Positions 38,683-51,595 of a stretch of 64,000 nucleotides of DNA are shown here, piece after piece. A program made the translations under genes and the position numbers. This stretch comes from an uncultured Actinomycetes bacterium. GTDB lineage: Bacteria; Actinomycetota; Thermoleophilia; Gaiellales; F1-60-MAGs149. The DNA is taken from assembly GCA_963732645.1 (NCBI GenBank), contig CAVTAC010000011.1:44278-108277 (forward strand). The letters are read 5' to 3'. Under the pieces are notes generated by a model that saw nothing but the letters and a program-made list of their open reading frames with translations, ran no database searches and was not told where the DNA came from. Position 1 is the first letter of the stretch. The number at the start of each line of letters is the position of its first letter.

Positions 38683-39917
38683 CCCGCGCCGATCTGCCTG
38701 GGGTACGTGACCGAGGCGGCCGTGCGGCGGTCGACGACGACGGCGTCGGGCGCGGCGTCGTCAGAGCTCTGGGTGAGCGTCGTGCCCGGGCAGACGTACC
38801 CGGCGAGGCTGGTCGGCGCGCCCGCCACGTAGACGACGCGGGCCGACGTCCTCTGCAGCGCGTCGCCCGCCAGCGCGTAGTCGGCGCGCTCCAGCGTCGC
38901 GATGCCGAACAGCGAGATGGCGCCCGCGCCGAGCAGGATCGCGGTCGCCGGCAGGGCGCGCAGCCGCGTCGCGCCGATCCCCGCGAGCAGCGTCAGCGTC
39001 GGCGCCCAGGTGTAGCCGTAGTGCTCGAAGAAGCGGCCGTGCGTGGTCACGGCGAGCATCGGCAGCACCGTCGCGACCGCCAGGGCGAGGGCGGCGCGGC
39101 GCTCGATCCGCAGGAAGCCGAGCACGGCGAGCACCAGCGTCGCGACGAGCACGAGCGGCCCGGCCTCCCACGCGAACCACGCCGCCGACCACCACGGCGG
39201 GTGCTGGTAGACGTCGCCCGCGACCTCGAGCGGGAAGCCGATGCGCGACAGCGTGCGCTGCTCCGTCCACATGAAGCGGATCGCGTCGATCGGGTTCGTG
39301 CGCAGCGGCAGGTAGGTCGCGAGGAACACCACCGGCGCCACCGCGACGGCGAGCAGGAGCGTCCGCCAGCGCGGCCAGAGCAGCACCGCGACGGGTATGA
39401 CGGCCAGCATGCCGGTCGCCTTCGACGCGGCCGCGCAGCCGAGCGCGACGCCCAGCAGCACCACCTCCCAGCGCACCGGTTTGTCGCGGATGCGCAGGGC
39501 CAGCCAGAGCGCGACGGTGGCGAAGGCGGCGGCGAACGTGTCGAGCAGGCCGAGGCGGTCGACGCGCAGGTCGGGCCACGGGTGCGGCAGCACGACCCAC
39601 AGCACGAACACGATCAGCGCCGCCGGCTCGCCCGCGAGGCGGCGGGCGATCAGCGCCAGCATGATCCCGGTCAGCAGCGCCGCGGCGACGGCCGGCAGGC
39701 GCGCGGACGTGGTCGAGAAGCCGAACAGGTGCTCCGACACGCCCATCAGCAGCTTGCCGAGCGGCGGGTGCTCGAGGTTCACCGGCGTCCCGCCGCTGAC
39801 CGCGCGGTAGCCCGCGTTGGCGTAGGCCCACTCGTCGCGGTGCCAGGACGGCACGCCGAGTCGCCAGAGATAGGTGAACGCGGCGAGCGCGCCCGCGGCG
39901 GCCCAGGCCATGCGCAT
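38610..39917 (-). CDS. GT-C fold (PMT/GT39-like) membrane glycosyltransferase
   Basis: WHRDE..Y after first TM, EHPPLGKLL, RLP, ASKATG. Confidence 0.8.
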   Translation of the reverse strand: MRMAWAAAGALAAFTYLWRLGVPSWHRDEWAYANAGYRAVSGGTPVNLEHPPLGKLLMGVSEHLFGFSTTSARLPAVAAALLTGIMLALIARRLAGEPAALIVFVLWVVLPHPWPDLRVDRLGLLDTFAAAFATVALWLALRIRDKPVRWEVVLLGVALGCAAASKATGMLAVIPVAVLLWPRWRTLLLAVAVAPVVFLATYLPLRTNPIDAIRFMWTEQRTLSRIGFPLEVAGDVYQHPPWWSAAWFAWEAGPLVLVATLVLAVLGFLRIERRAALALAVATVLPMLAVTTHGRFFEHYGYTWAPTLTLLAGIGATRLRALPATAILLGAGAISLFGIATLERADYALAGDALQRTSARVVYVAGAPTSLAGYVCPGTTLTQSSDDAAPDAVVVDRRTAASVTYPRQIGAGYDEQRFGPVTLLTRPGLQPRDGC

Positions 39918-39936
39918 CGGCCCGTAGGATAGATGG
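39918..39936. promoter_or_regulatory. Bidirectional leaderless promoter
   Basis: TAGGAT on + (6 nt before GTG 39937) overlaps TATCCT on - (8 nt before ATG 39917); no room for an RBS. Confidence 0.55.
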
Positions 39937-41225
39937 GTGCCCCGGGCCCGCCGCGCCGCCGACCTCCTGCTGCTTGCGGTGCTCGTGACCGCAACGTGGC
40001 ACCGCGTGGCCTGGCAGCCGTTCGGCCGGGTCACCCTCGCCGACCTGCTGGCGCCGCTGTTCATCGCAGCCGTGGCGCTCACCCGGCCGCGGATCCCGCG
40101 CGAGGCGCGGACGCTGATGCTGATCGGCGCCGGGCTGCTGGCCGTGTACCTGGCGGGAGCGGTGTTCACGGCCGACCGGGGGCAGCTGGCGAAGGGGCTC
40201 GTGATCTGGGCGCTGTGGTTCGCGGTCGCGATCGCCGCGGTCGTGCACCTGTCGGGGCGCGGCCCGGCCTTCTACCGGCGCGCGCTGGCGGCGTTCATCG
40301 CCGGGTTCTGCGTCGAACGCGCTGTACGGCGTCGTGCAGTACGTGCTCGGCACGCGCTTCGACGTGAACCTCGACCGCTACCTGATCGACCCGTTCTTCC
40401 CCGGCTCGGCGTCGTCCGGCCTGAACCTCTACGCCACGGTGGCCGTGACGCAGCCGGACGGCACCGTGATCCGCGAGCCGGTCTACCGCATCACGGCGCT
40501 GACGAACGACCCGAACCACATCGGCGTGATGCTCGCGATCCCGATCGTGATCGTGCTGGCGCTCGCCACCGAGGCGGTGCGCAAGCGGGCGCTGGCGCTG
40601 GCCTGCCTCGCGGTCGGCCTGACCGGGGTGCTGGCGCTGTCGCAGTCGCGGTCGGGCCTCGTCGGGCTGGCGGCAGGGCTGCTGTTCCTCGCCGCCACGC
40701 TGCGCACGCGGCTCGTGCGCGGGCCGCTCGCCTGGCCGGCGCTGGCGGCGCTGGTGGTGGGCGCCGTGGTGATCCTGACGCGGCTCGACTACTGGCGCGG
40801 GGTGCTCTCGAAGCGCCTCAACCCCGACACGCCGGGCTCGTCCATCCACACGAAGATCTACGACACGATCCCCGACGTGCTGGGCGACCACCCGCTGTTC
40901 GGCCTCGGCCTGAACACGTTCGCGCGGTACTACGAGGGGGTCTCGGGCCGGGTCGGGTTCGGGCCGCACTCGCTGTACGTGCAGGCGCTGACCGAGACGG
41001 GGCTGCTCGGAGCGGCCGGCGTCGCTGATCCTGCTCGTGTTCGTCGGGCGCTGCCTGTACCGCGCCTGGGTGGCCGGCGAGAAGGCGATCGCGGCCGGGC
41101 TGGGCGCTGCCATCGTCGCGACGCTGGCCGCGAACGTCTTCTACCTGACGACGATCTACCCGAGCTGGTACGCGCTGCTGGCGCTGGGGATCGCCGCCTC
41201 GTCCACGAAGACCGCCTCGTCGTAG
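39937..41225 (+). CDS. O-antigen ligase / Wzy-like polymerase (two frameshifts)
   Basis: RITALTNDPN, SQSRSG, PLFGLG.N.F, PHSLYVQ.L.ETG. Confidence 0.82.
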
Positions 41226-42149
41226 CGCAGCATCACGAGGCCCTCGCGCCAGTCGTCGGTGACGGTCGACGGCCGGCCGAGCAGCTCCTCGATCGTCCAG
41301 TCGGGCAGCCGCGCGCCGGCCTCGTAGGCGAGCGGGAAGCCGCCGCCGTAGCGGGCGTTGACCTCGATCACGCGCAGCTCGTCGCCGTCGGCGAAGACCT
41401 GGACGTTGAGCACGCCGTACGCGCCGGGCAGCGCCTCGGCGATGGCGCGGGCGAGCGCCTGCAGCGGCTCGTGGCGGACGGTGACGCCCTTCGAGACCTC
41501 GCCGGCTCGCACCTCGAGGCGCCGCCGCGGCACGGCGACGCGGCAGCGTCCGTCGCGCAGCACGAGCACGTCGACGGTGTGCTCGGCGCCGGGCGCGAGC
41601 TCCTGCACGACGACGTCCCCCTCCGGCAGGTCGGACACCGACGCGCAGTGCACGACGCCGATGCCGGCCGAGCCGGAGCGCGGCTTCGCGATCAGCGGCC
41701 ACTGCCACGAGGCGGCCGCGGCGAGCACGTCGGACACGGTGCCCTGGCGGACGGTCGGGAAGCCGTGCTCCGGTCAGCCACGCGTGCGTCTGCGCCTTGT
41801 CGCGGCCGATCGCGATCGTCTCGGGCGCCGAGATCGAGACGGTGGCGCCGACCGCCGCGAACCGGTCGCGCGCAGCCGCGAGCAGCGGCAGCTCGCCGTC
41901 GTGCGTCGGCACGACGAGCCGCACCCGGTCGCGCTCGCAGATCTCGAGCAGCGCGTCGACGAAGCCCGGATCGGACTGCGGCGGCACCACGATGCCGCGG
42001 TCGGCGAGGTGGAAGGCGGCCGCGTAGCCGGACACGTCGGTCGCGATGATCGGCCCGGTGAGCCCCAGGTTCGCGAGCGACCGCCGCAGGATCGCCACGA
42101 GCGCCCCGCGCCGTCCGGCGCTGGAGACGAGGATCGGAAACGGCGTCAT
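41156..42149 (-). CDS. ATP-grasp domain protein (frameshift ~41770)
   Basis: SSAGRR, P..D.EL, DK, KPRSGSAG, VQE..PG.E.TVD, IEVNARYGGG. Confidence 0.85.
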
Positions 42150-42305
42150 CGGAGAGGATCTTAGGGCCCGAGCCCACCCGGTCCGAGTCCACCGACCATG
42201 AGTGGACCATCGCCGCGTGCCGTACCCCGCGCCTCTCGTGTCCTTCCGCACGCGGATGTGCCGAAGCGCGCGATTCGCTGCGCACTTCCGCGCGCCTTAC
42301 GTGTT

Positions 42306-42347
42306 GGGGTCAGACCCCAAAACTCGCCGTTATCGGGGTCTGACCCC
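42306..42347. repeat. REP-like doublet GGGGTCAGACCCC-N16-GGGGTCTGACCCC (copy 2)
   Basis: Same 13-bp palindrome pair as 28650-28690, in a divergent intergenic region. Confidence 0.85.
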
Positions 42348-42385
42348 GATGCTTCTGGCGTGGGCTCGGGCGTATGGTTCTTGCC

Positions 42386-43021
42386 GTGCCGCGACCGCGT
42401 TCGACGCCTTGTGAAGCACGTGCTGGATCGGGTCGCTTGCGCTCGCTGCGCTCGTCGTCCTGTCGCCACTGATCCTGCTCATCGCCTGGCGGATCCGGCG
42501 GGAGGATGGCGGGCCCGTCTTCTTCCGCCAGCCCCGCGCCGGGTACCGGGGCCGGCCGTTCCTCGTCTGGAAGTTCCGGTCGATGATGGTCGGCGCCGAC
42601 AAGGTCGGGCTCGGGCTCAACATCGCCGAGGGTGACGAGCGGATCACGCAGCACCGGGCACCTGCTGCGCAACTGGTCGCTCGACGAGCTGCCGCAGCTG
42701 ATCAACGTCGCGCGCGGAGAGATGTCGCTGGTCGGGCCGCGGCCCGGGCTCGTCGACCAGGCCGAGCGCTACGACGACGTGCAGCGGCGGCGCCTCGACA
42801 TGCGGCCGGGGCTGACCGGCTGGGCCCAGGTGAACGGGCGCAACAGCCTCAGCTGGGAGGAGCGCATCGTGCTCGACGTCTGGTACGTCGAGCACTGGTC
42901 GCTCGCGCTCGACCTGCAGATCCTGCGCCGGACGCTCGGCGTCGTGATCCGCCGCGAGGGGCTGTTCGGCGACGGCGGCGTGAACGCCGACCTCGGCGGC
43001 AGCACCGGCGCCAAGCAGTAG
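42386..43021 (+). CDS. Small priming sugar transferase, PglC-like (frameshifted; start approximate)
   Basis: K..LD, GPVFFRQ.R.G..G..F..WKFRSM, SLDELPQL.NV..GEMSLVGPRP, PGLTGWAQVNGRN. Confidence 0.88.
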
Positions 43022-43024
43022 CCG

Positions 43025-44692
43025 TCAGCCCTCGAGCAGCCCGGCCTTCGCCAGCGCGTCCTGCAGCGCGCCCGGGCGCACCCAGAGCGTGTTGTTCGAG
43101 CCCTGCTCCTCGCGCTTCACGATCCGCGACCCCGGTGCCTTCGCGATGACCTGATCCGACGACAGGCGGTTCAGGAACAGGTCGGCGCAGGTCGGCTCGC
43201 CCGGCTGTGCGAACCGCCAGCCGTCGACGCGGTACCGGTAGCTCGTCGCCGAGAACACGTCCACCGTGTGGCGGTCGAAGGCGACGCAGCGCTGAGCGGC
43301 GGGCACCACCGCCTCGATCTGGCGCAGCGTCGAGGCGATCTGCTGCTCGTCGGCGCGGTCGCGCGACCCCGTGCGGAAGAGGCCCGCGTCGATGCCGAGG
43401 CTGAACACCGACAGCCAGAGGCAGAGGCCGATCAGCGCCAGCCTCGGCCCGCCGCCGCGCGACGAGCACCAGCACGACCGCAGCGATGCCGTGGACGAGG
43501 GCGATGCTGACGGGCTGGACGCCGTCGCCCAGCGCCACCACGGGGGCGACGCCGAGGATGTTGAAGTTGACCGGCTCGTTGGCGCGCAGCGCCGAGTCCC
43601 AGACCAGCTGCGGAACGATCCACAGCACCGCGATCGGCACCAGCATCACGGCGATGCGACGGCGGGTGAGCGGCGCGGTCACCAGCGCGACGACGCCGGC
43701 GACGAGGATCGGCGCGAGCGTCGCCTCGTTGTAGCGGCCGTAGATGATCTGGTCGCTGCGGAACGGGTCGTACCAGTAGATGCCCGCCACCAGCAGCATC
43801 CCGGCGGCGGCGGCCAGCGCCGCCAGCGCGACGGCGCCGCGCTCGGAGCGCACGCCCTCGCGCCGCACCAGGCAGACCAGCGCGTAGACGCCGAGCGGCG
43901 CCAGTCCGTACGTCGCGGCTGCGAGATAGAACAGCCTGCCCGGCGATCGACGCCGCCAGGTGCGGCAGGTCCCGACAGCGCGCGCCGGAGCAGCACCTCG
44001 CGCCGGAAGTCGTTCGAGTCGGTCGCCCAGCGCGCGATCGCGGGGGTGGCGATCGTCAGCGCCACGGCCGGAACGAGCATCAGGCCGGCCCGCAGCAGCC
44101 GGCCGGCCGGTGCCAGCACGACCAGCCCGACGACGACCGCAGCGCCGGTCATCGCCAGCCCGCGCGGGTGTGTCAGGTAGGCCGCGCCCGCCAGCACGCC
44201 GTACGCCAGCGCGACCCACGCCGGAGCGCCGCGGGCGAGCCGTCCCGCGAGCAGCACCAGCGCGATGCCGATCGGGACGATCAGGTTCTCCGACCACGTC
44301 AGGTCGGTGTACAGCAGCCACGACGGGTAGACGGCGACGGCGAGGGTCGCGAGCAGGCGGACCCGGCGCGAGAGCTCCGGCGCCAGCACCCGGACGAGCT
44401 GCCAGACGAGCAGCGTCGTGAGCGCGCCGAGCAGGCCGTTGATCACCAGCAGCGACACGTGGTAGGCCGCGTCCGACGAGGGCGTGACGAGGAACGCCGG
44501 GATCAGCGCGAACGCGTAGCCGGGGAAGTAGCGCAGGTGCGTGGCCTGCCCCTCGCCGGCCAGGCGCCGCGCCGTCGCGAAGTAGCCGTACTCGTCGTAC
44601 ATCACGATCGGCACCCGCATCACGAGCGCCAGGGCGGCGTGGACGAGGTAGCCCGCGACGAACACCACGAGCCCCTCGCGACGCAACGTCAT
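43025..44692 (-). CDS. GT-C-like polytopic membrane protein (paralog A; frameshifted)
   Basis: PIVMYDEYGY after first TM, Y.PGY, WSEN, HPRG, IIYGRYNE, extracytoplasmic C-domain with CVAFD. Confidence 0.7.
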
Positions 44693-45799
44693 CCCGTGAC
44701 CAGGCTGTAGACGACCTCGTGGCGCTCGGCCGACCGGTCCCACGACAGCTCGCCGGCGGCAGCGGCCGCCGCGTTCGCCGCCAGGCTCGCCCGCAGCTCG
44801 TCGTCGAGCAGCAGCGCCGAGATGGTGGCGGCCAGCACCGCCGGGTCGCGCGGCGGCACCAGCAGGCCGGCGTCGGTGTCGGCCAGCGTCTCGCCGAACC
44901 CGCCCACGTCGGTCGCGATCACGGGGCGGCCCAGCGCGATCGCCGTGGCGAGCACGCCCGACTGGTCGATGGAGCGATACGGCAGCACGACGACGTCGGC
45001 GCGCAGCATGGCGCCCGCCCACTCGCCCGGCTCGGCGTAGCGCAGGTCGGCGACCACGCCCTCGGACGAGGCGGCGCGCGCGGCATCGGCATCGCCGCCG
45101 AGCGAACGGCCGAGCACGTGCAGGATCGCGCCCGGCACGCGCTGCCGCACCGCCGGCCACGCGTCGAGCAGGTCGGCGAGCCCCTTGTAGGGCCGGATCA
45201 GCCCGGCGAACAGCGCCACCGGCACGCCGTCGGGCAGCGCCGGCGGCACCGGCTCGACGTCGGCGTAGCCGGCCAGCGCGGCATGCGGGATGCGCGTGAT
45301 GCGCTGCACCGGCACGCCCGAGCCGCACCAGCGCCGCCTCGCCCGCGTGCGAGTGCACGACGATGCGCTGGAACGGCGCGCAGTCGGCGCGCACCTGGTC
45401 GGCGCTGCCGACGCCGTCCTTGACGATGGCGTTGTGCGCGGTGTGCACGAGCGGCGTGCGGGTGAGCAGCCGCGCGACGCGCCAGAACACGCGGTCGGCC
45501 GAGCCGAGCGGCAGCCACATGACGTGGACGACGTCGGCCGAGCGGACCAGCGGCAGCAGCGCGATCAGGTCGGCGACGTGCTCGCAGCCGCGGCCCAGGC
45601 GGCGGAACCGGTCGGGCAGCCGGTCGGCCAGGCGGTAGAACCGCTCCTGCACGGCGACGCCGGGCGCCGGCGGCAGCGAGCCGTGGCGGAAGGCGCAGGT
45701 CGCGAGCCGGACGTCGTGCCCGCGCGCGGCGAGAGCGGCGCCGAGACCATGGTCGTACGGCCGCGAGTCACCGCGCGGGTCGACGAGGACGATGCGCAC
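44689..45799 (-). CDS. GT4 glycosyltransferase (frameshift ~45320)
   Basis: PYD..L, HTAHN, GLIRPYKG, VLPYRSIDQSG, PVIATDVGG. Confidence 0.88.
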
Positions 45800-45845
45800 C
45801 GGGCAACGGTAGCGAGCGGCCTCGCCGTGGCGATCGCGATCGGAG

Positions 45846-46697
45846 CTAGGCGGCCTTGAGCGACGAGCCCTCGAGGAACTCGGCGCGGATCTCCGACTCC
45901 AGGGCGCCGATCGAGTGCTGGTCGATCTGGAACTCGGTGCGCGAGATCTCCTCGGGCCACTCCGGCCCACCGGGCGAGACGAGGCCGATGCCCATGCGGT
46001 TCGCCACCCAGTCGGCGCAGTGGATCGAGCGCGCCAGGGCGGGATCGACCACGGCGCCCTCGGGGTGGTGGTGGTAGCGCAGCGCCTCGCAGAGGGCGGG
46101 CGGGAACTTCCACTCGGCGGCGATCAGCGAGCCGAGCTCGGCGTGCTCGAAGCCGCACACGTCGAGCTCGACCTCGTCGAACGAGCGGTTCTCGCTCTCG
46201 GCGACGCGCATCAGCTCGCCGAACAGCGGCTTGCGGTAGCAGACGAGCACGATCAGGCCGAGGTCGTGCAGCAGGCCGGCGACGAAGGCCTTCTCGCCCG
46301 AGATGCGCTTCGCGCGGCCCAGGATGCGGGCGCCGACGGCGGTCGCGAGCGAGTGGTCGAACAGGTCGGAGCGGATGCCCGCGTACTCGTCGCGGTCGGA
46401 GGTCAGGAGGCGGGTGATCGACGCGGTGATGGCGAGGTTCTTGACGGAGGCGAAGCCGAGCAGGACGACGGCGTCGGGCAGCGACTCGATCTTGCGCGCG
46501 TACCCGTAGTAGGCGGAGTTGGCGAGCTTCAGCACCATCGCGGCGAGTGCCTGGTCGCCCGCCATGATGCGGGCGAGGCTCGAGACCGACGCGTCGGCGT
46601 TGTCGCACTCCGAGATCACCTGCGCGAGCACGGCCGACACTGTCAGGGGCAGGTCACGCACCTCGTCGACCAGCTCCATGAGTGTCACGTTCTCCAT
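45846..46697 (-). CDS. HDOD domain protein
   Basis: D.AL...VLKLANSAYYG, AVVLLG, HS..TA, AGLLHDLG, HAELG..IA..W.FP, HH. Confidence 0.92.
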   Translation of the reverse strand: MENVTLMELVDEVRDLPLTVSAVLAQVISECDNADASVSSLARIMAGDQALAAMVLKLANSAYYGYARKIESLPDAVVLLGFASVKNLAITASITRLLTSDRDEYAGIRSDLFDHSLATAVGARILGRAKRISGEKAFVAGLLHDLGLIVLVCYRKPLFGELMRVAESENRSFDEVELDVCGFEHAELGSLIAAEWKFPPALCEALRYHHHPEGAVVDPALARSIHCADWVANRMGIGLVSPGGPEWPEEISRTEFQIDQHSIGALESEIRAEFLEGSSLKAA

Positions 46698-46866
46698 CGG
46701 ATGGGCCTCCTACAGCTCCGTCTTCATCGCCTGCCCCCCTATCGGCAGCAGCGGCGCGGGCATTGAGAGCGGATCCGCACGACGCCTCCCGCGGATGGGC
46801 TAGGGACACGTAAAGGTTGTGTTCGGACCGGGAGTCCTCGTCCGAGGGCGACCTACAATGAGGCCC

Positions 46867-47814
<948 letters not shown>

Positions 47815-47816
47815 GT

Positions 47817-48990
47817 ATGAAGAGACGCTACATGGCCGCGATCGCCGCGGCCGCGATTTCCTGCGGGCTGATGCCCGCAGCTGCCTCCGCGAAGCTGAAG
47901 ATCGGCGTCACCGACGCCACGATGCAGAACCGCGATCCCGTGCAGTTCTGGGACAACGTGAACGCTCTGCACCTGAACGTGATCCGCTCGCAGATCGGCT
48001 GGCACACGATCGCGGCCAAGAAGCCGAAGAACCCCGAGGATCCGAACGACCCCGCCTACAACTGGAAGCTGCTCGACAAGAACGTCAAGGACGGGGCCGC
48101 CTGGGCCGAGACGGTCAACGGCAAGGGCACGGTCATCTACAACGTCTGGGGCACGGCGAAGTGGGCCCACATGTACAAGGGCAAGGTCGCCTACGTGCCG
48201 GTGCCGAAGACGGCCGACTTCCGGCACTTCATGCGCGCGCTCGCGAAGCGCTACAACGGCACGTTCATCCCGAAGGGCGCGCCGGCCGGCACCCTGCCGC
48301 TGCCGCGCATCACGCACTGGGAGATCTGGAACGAGCCCAACAACGCGCTCGGGCTCGCGAAGCCGAACTCGAAGAAGAAGGCCGGCATCCCGGCCGGCGC
48401 CAAGGCCTACCGCACGATCCTCAGCACGGCGTACAACGCCATCCACGCCGAGGACCGGGCCGGTAAGCCGAAGGCCGTCGTCATCGGCGGCGCGGTCGGC
48501 GGCCGCACGGGCATCGACCACGTCACCTTCTACAAGCAGCTGAAGAGCCTGAAGGCTCCGATGGACGCCATCTCGGTGCACCCGTACTCGATCGTCCCGG
48601 CCTGGGGCCCGTCCGACGGCTCGCCCGGCAAGGGCTACCTGCAGCCGTTCTACCGGCTCGGCAACTTCAACCGCTTCATCTCGTTCGTGAAGGGCTGGAA
48701 GGGATCGAAGTTCCCGATCTGGGTGACCGAGATCGGCTGGCAGGTCAACCCGCCCGAGAAGCGGCTCGGCGTGTCGTCGTCGAAGCAGACGCTGTTCTAC
48801 CAGCAGACCGTCGCCAAGCTGAAGAAGTACCCGCAGGTGCAGGGCATGACCTGGTACCTGCTGCGCGACGAGTCCGACCTCGCCGGCTGGCAGTCGGGCT
48901 TCCTCGACCTACCCGAAGAGCCACAAGTCGAAGAAGCGCCAGATCTGGTTCGCGGTGCGCGACACTCAAGAAGTAATCGCGGCCTCGTAG
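47817..48990 (+). CDS. Secreted clan GH-A glycoside hydrolase (GH39/GH5-like; 3' end approximate, frameshift ~48910)
   Basis: Signal peptide, WEIWNEPN acid/base, SVHPY, PIWVTEIGW nucleophile. Confidence 0.8.
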
Positions 48991-50094
48991 GCGGCGATCA
49001 TCTCTTCGCACGATCACGTCCCACGAGTAGCGCGCCTCCGCACGACGGCGCGCCTCCAGTCCCATCGTCGCCGCGGCGGCCGGATCGGCAAGCAGCCGAC
49101 CGGCCGCCGCTGCTACGGCGGCCGGGTCGTCGGGCTGCACCACGAGCCCGTCGACCCCGTCCCGCACCCGGGCGGCCATGTCGCCCACCGGCGTGCACAC
49201 GACCGGCCGGGCCGTGGCCATCGCCTCCAGGCAGGCGAGCGAGAACGAGTCGCGGCGTGACGGCACGACGACCGCCGCGGCGGCCGCGTACAGCCCGCCG
49301 ATCTCGTCCGGGCGCACGCGCCCGAGCGCCCGCACGCCGTCGCCGTGCACCAGGTCGGCCAGCGGCCCGTCACCGACGACGTCGAGCGTCGCGTGCGGCA
49401 CGGCGGCGCGGATGGCCGGCCAGGCCGACATCAGCGTGTCGACGCCCTTGACGTCGACCAGGCGGCCGACGAACAGCAGCCGGCCCGGGATCGCCTGCGC
49501 ATACGGGCGGGCGGGCAGCTCGACGCCGCCCGGCGGCACGACCCGGATGTCGGCGCGCGGCGCGATCGACTCCAGCTCGCGGCGCATCTCCTCGCTGACG
49601 GCGATCGCCACGTTCGAGCCGAGCGTCGCGCGCACGAGCGTGGGCACGCGCCGCGCCAGCACGAGATCGGAGCCGTGCACGGTGGTCACGACCGGCTTGC
49701 GCGACGAGATCCGCGCGATCATGCCGGCCGGCAGCCAGTGGCCGTGCACGACGTCGGCATGCCGGGCGTGCCGGGCGGCAGCGGCGGCGAACGCGACCCC
49801 GAACTGCGGCAGCAGCGCGAGGCGACGGCGGTCGGCCGAGAGGTTGTAGACCATGCCCGCGCCGTAGGCCAGCAGCTCGAACCGGCTGGGCGCGTAGCGG
49901 AAGAAGTGCGAGCGCACACCATCCTCCACGCGGCTCGCAGCACCGCTCGCATGTGGCGCCACGACGTCCACCTGGTGCCCGGCTGCGACCAGCCGGGCGG
50001 CCAGACGGTGCACGAACGGCCCCGACGGCACACCCGAGGCCGGCGGATAGCTCGTGGTCAACATCAGAATCCGCAAGGGGCGTGCGCCCGCCAT
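48966..50094 (-). CDS. GT4 glycosyltransferase (frameshift near 3' end)
   Basis: LTTSYP, HGHW, TVHGSD, FVGRL..VKG, PS......LEAMA. Confidence 0.88.
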
Positions 50095-50114
50095 CGCTCG
50101 GTACGATGTCAGAG
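50095..50114. promoter_or_regulatory. Bidirectional leaderless promoter
   Basis: TACGAT on + (7 nt before ATG 50115) overlaps CATCGT on - (8 nt before ATG 50094). Confidence 0.5.
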
Positions 50115-51595
50115 ATGTCCTCGCTCCTGCGGCGTCGCCCGCTCTCGCGACGCGCCATCGACGAGCTCGATCCTGCGCTCGTCGGACGCGACGTGCGGGC
50201 CCTGGCGACGCCGGTCCCGCACGTCCGCGCCCTCGGACGCCTCCTCCGCGCCGCCGCGCGGGTGCTGGCGCTCGGGGCGATCGACGTCGGATCGATCGCG
50301 GTGGCCCTCTACACGGGCCTCGCGGTGAAGGACCAGGTCGACCGCTCGCAGGTCCTCTGGGGCCTCGTCTGGCGGGCCGAGGCGGAGCTGCTGCCGTTCG
50401 TCTCGCTGGTGCTGCTGCTGCGTGTTCGCGCGCGCCGGCCTGTACCGCCGCGGCGGCCACCGGCCCGGCGACGGCGCGGTCGTCTCGAGCCTGTTCCTGA
50501 CGATGCTGATCATCGCGGGCTTCGCGTACGCCACCGGGCACAAGTCGGGCACGTACGCCATCTGGCTGTGGACGCTCGTCGTCTCGATGCTGCTGATCAT
50601 CGTGCTGCGGCGCTCGTTCGACAGCGTCTCGTGGCTCGCCCAGCGCTCGACGGGCCACGTGCACCGCGTCGTCATCTGCGGCGCCGGGCCCGAGGCGGCC
50701 AGCGTGTCGGCCGCGCTGATCGACGACGAGCGCTCGACGCCGATCGAGATCGTCGACCAGGTGGTCGACGTCGCGGCGCTGGAGCGCGCGATCGTCGCCG
50801 CGAACGCCGACGACGTGGTGCTCACCCGGCTGCCCGACGACGACGCGCTGCTGGAGGCGCTCGACATCTGCACGCGCCACAGCGTGCGGCTGCGCGTCGT
50901 GCCCACCGCGGCGCGCCTGCTCGCCCGCGAGGCCGTCTACGTGCCCGGCCAGTCCGTGCCGCTGTTCGAGATCGTGCCGCCCACCCTGGCCGGCTTCGAC
51001 TTCCTGGTGAAGCGGGCGTTCGACGTGGTGGTGTCGGCGGTCGCGATGCTGCTGCTCTCGCCCGTCCTGCTGCTGATCGCGGTCGCGATCAAGGCTCAGC
51101 TCGCGCGGCCCGGCCATCTACCGCGACCAGCGCATCGGCATGGCCGAGCGCCCGTTCGAGATGCTGAAGTTCCGGTCGATGCGGGACGGCGCCGCGGCCG
51201 AGCAGGCCGGCCTCGAGGATGCCAACGAGGCGGACGGCGCGCTGTTCAAGATCCGCCACGACCCGCGCATCACCGCCGTCGGGCGCATCATCCGCCGCTT
51301 CTCGCTGGACGAGCTGCCGCAGCTGTGGAACGTGCTGCGCGGCGACATGAGCCTGGTCGGCCCGCGGCCGCTGCCGATGCGCGACTACGCGCGGCTGGCC
51401 GACTGGCACCGCAAGCGCTACCTCGTGCTGCCCGGCATGACCGGCCTCTGGCAGATCTCGGGCCGCTCCGACCTGGGCTTCGACGCGATGGTGCGGCTCG
51501 ACTTCTACTACCTCGAGCACTGGTCGGTCTGGATGGACATCTCGGTGCTCCTGCGGACGCCGCTCGCCGTCGTGACGGCGCGAGGGGCTCGTTGA
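50115..51595 (+). CDS. Polyprenyl glycosylphosphotransferase, WcaJ-like priming transferase (two frameshifts)
   Basis: N-terminal TMs, KRAFD, KFRSM, FKIRHDPRIT, SLDELPQLWNVLRGDMSLVGPRP, PGMTGLWQISGRS. Confidence 0.9.

Noticed and set aside
28650..42347. Palindromic repeats as a CRISPR array
   Set aside because: Only two 13-bp doublets 13.6 kb apart, no regular repeat-spacer structure and no cas genes.
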